Assembly: GCA_013151045.1 (NCBI GenBank)
Contig: JAADIY010000028.1
Span: forward strand, 8,335-72,334
Source of the DNA: Gammaproteobacteria bacterium
GTDB taxonomy: Bacteria; Pseudomonadota; Gammaproteobacteria; GCA-2400775
DNA length: 64,000 nt
Reading direction: 5' to 3'
A program made the translations under genes and the position numbers. Of the stretch, positions 62,573 to 64,000 are shown in pieces (position 1 is the first letter of the stretch; each line of letters opens with the position of its first letter). Under the pieces are notes generated by a model that saw only the letters and a program-made list of their open reading frames with translations, made no database searches and was not told the origin of the DNA.

Positions 62573-64000
62573 ATTTGGCCATCTTCCTCAGCTTCTACTA
62601 CAGTGCCTTCGCGCTGCTTAAGCTGTCTTTCGTATTGGAATTTTCTTCGTAACAAGCCTGCCGGATCATCAGGGATTTGTCGCAACCATTGTTGCAAAGC
62701 TTGGCTTTGCTCTGCACTTAATTGTTCTGCCTCACTTAGCTGCGATGGTGGCGGCTCTGCGCTTTGCTCGTTCTCTTCTGCTGATTCGCTTTCGTTTTCT
62801 GATTGCGCTAATGATTCTTGCTCTTCACTATTTTCTTCATCGCTTTGGCCGGCTTGGTTTTTCTCGCTTTCTTCAGACTTTTGCTCTGATGATTCACCTT
62901 GTTCTTCGCCTTCTTGGTTTTGATCTGAAGAACTATCAGAGTTGGAACCCTCTTGCTGTGAGCCTTGCGACTGCTCAGATTCAGAGCCCTCTTTTTGTTC
63001 GTCGCTATCTTCGCCTTCGCCCTCTTGGCTTTGCTGCTGTTTTAGCATTTGTTCAATGATCGACTTTGAGGTTTTAGCATCTTTCATATTTGGATTCAGT
63101 TCTATTGCACTATCATAAGCGGCAATTGCGTCTTCTAGCTGACCATCATGCGCTAGCGCGTGGCCTCGGTTGTAATGCGCATCAGCTTCGTTTATACCCT
63201 CGAAGTTTTTTACAGCCTCTTTGTATTGCTCTGCAGAAAAATTTGCCGCGCCTTGCCATTGTCGGTTTTGAAATTTCGCTGCGGCTTGATCAACATCGCC
63301 GTTTTCAAGCAATTGTTTAGCCTGCTGGTCTTTTGTTAACCATAAGTCTTGCCATGTCGCTGCCCATGCTGACGGCTCATCGGCAGCATAACTGTCGTGC
63401 GGCGCTATCAGTACTGCAACACAAGCAATGCTTAATACCCAGCCACGGCGGAATGAAAATAACACGATAGGAATTAACAACAACGCTAACCATGCACCTT
63501 GGTCTTGCCAACGCTCTACCGTACGCTGACTACTATTATCATTGCTTAACTCGTCTTTATTATTAAATAAAGAACCTGACAGCGCATATTCTATATCGCT
63601 GTTATCGGAACGTAGATCGGTATAACGGCCACCTTGCTCTGCGACAAATCGTTGCAATTCATTGCGATTTAATTTTGCGGTAATAAGATTACCTTTATTG
63701 TCTTTAATAAACTTGCCATCGGGCAATTTTATTAAGCCTCCTCGCTCACTGCCTATCCCTAGAACCACGAGATCTATTGCATAGCGATTCAATAATGATT
63801 CAATGTGCGAGCGGTCTTTATTAAGTAGCTCATCGGTGAGCCATACCACCGTTGCATTAGCACCACCTGATGGCATTAACAATTCTGACGCCATATCAAA
63901 TGCAGCGCCGGCATTGCTACCTATACTTGGCATCACCTCCGGCGCTAAAGCGGGCACGAGTGCAGCAATCGTTCTACTGTCATCGGTTAATGGTGAAACA
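62566..64000 (-). CDS. BatB-like vWA/TM/TPR protein with long acidic low-complexity tail (5' end beyond window)
   Basis: vWA C-terminal part, 2 TM, one TPR unit (HYNRGHALAHDGQLEDAIAAYDSAIELNP), then about 100 aa of E/S/Q-rich sequence; the frame stays open to the window edge. Confidence 0.55.
   Translation of the reverse strand, partial: VSPLTDDSRTIAALVPALAPEVMPSIGSNAGAAFDMASELLMPSGGANATVVWLTDELLNKDRSHIESLLNRYAIDLVVLGIGSERGGLIKLPDGKFIKDNKGNLITAKLNRNELQRFVAEQGGRYTDLRSDNSDIEYALSGSLFNNKDELSNDNSSQRTVERWQDQGAWLALLLIPIVLFSFRRGWVLSIACVAVLIAPHDSYAADEPSAWAATWQDLWLTKDQQAKQLLENGDVDQAAAKFQNRQWQGAANFSAEQYKEAVKNFEGINEADAHYNRGHALAHDGQLEDAIAAYDSAIELNPNMKDAKTSKSIIEQMLKQQQSQEGEGEDSDEQKEGSESEQSQGSQQEGSNSDSSSDQNQEGEEQGESSEQKSEESEKNQAGQSDEENSEEQESLAQSENESESAEENEQSAEPPPSQLSEAEQLSAEQSQALQQWLRQIPDDPAGLLRRKFQYERQLKQREGTVVEAEEDGQIW

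Overview
This 64 kb window is a gammaproteobacterial chromosome segment, marine Alteromonadales-like by gene content with moderate GC; that placement is inference only. Most of it is conserved housekeeping DNA: coaD, yfhL, ggt, fpg, the rpoN-hpf-ptsN-hprK-rapZ-EIIA-NPr-EI nitrogen-PTS cluster, lptCAB, kdsCD, ubiCA, recG, ridA, spoT, rpoZ, gmk, yicC, rph, rdgB, hemW and serB. The outlier is a roughly 17 kb accessory cluster (about 6.3-23.4 kb, mostly minus strand) encoding a divergent cbb3-type (C-family) heme-copper oxidase subunit I. Alongside it sit a CcoO-like cytochrome c whose heme-attachment motif is disrupted, four further c-type cytochromes, and two stand-alone 170-180 aa proteins resembling only the C-terminal helices of subunit I. 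The cluster also holds a FixG/CcoG-like ferredoxin, an FGE-sulfatase-family (SUMF1/NirV-like) protein, a fused MFS/spermidine-synthase protein, a thioredoxin-fold lipoprotein and many tiny membrane peptides, several of them below the ORF-track cutoff. This gene set does not match a canonical ccoNOQP-ccoGHIS locus and is the best candidate for an undescribed respiratory module. Several genes, including fpg, mlaA and two cytochromes, carry apparent frameshifts at short homopolymer runs. These are probably assembly indel errors, so pseudogene calls are tentative. Two exceptions argue for real lesions: an alpha/beta-hydrolase-like gene with multiple lesions and an in-frame TGA, and a 2-nt anomaly inside the CcoO-like CxxCH motif. 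Other features are an S8 protease, a GldAFG-like ABC transporter, a hydantoinase-family gene, mgtE, a BatD/BatB-like pair at the 3' edge, and a small AT-rich islet (59.15-60.87 kb) with a hypothetical gene and a 23-bp perfect inverted repeat. No tRNA, rRNA or CRISPR array was recognised.
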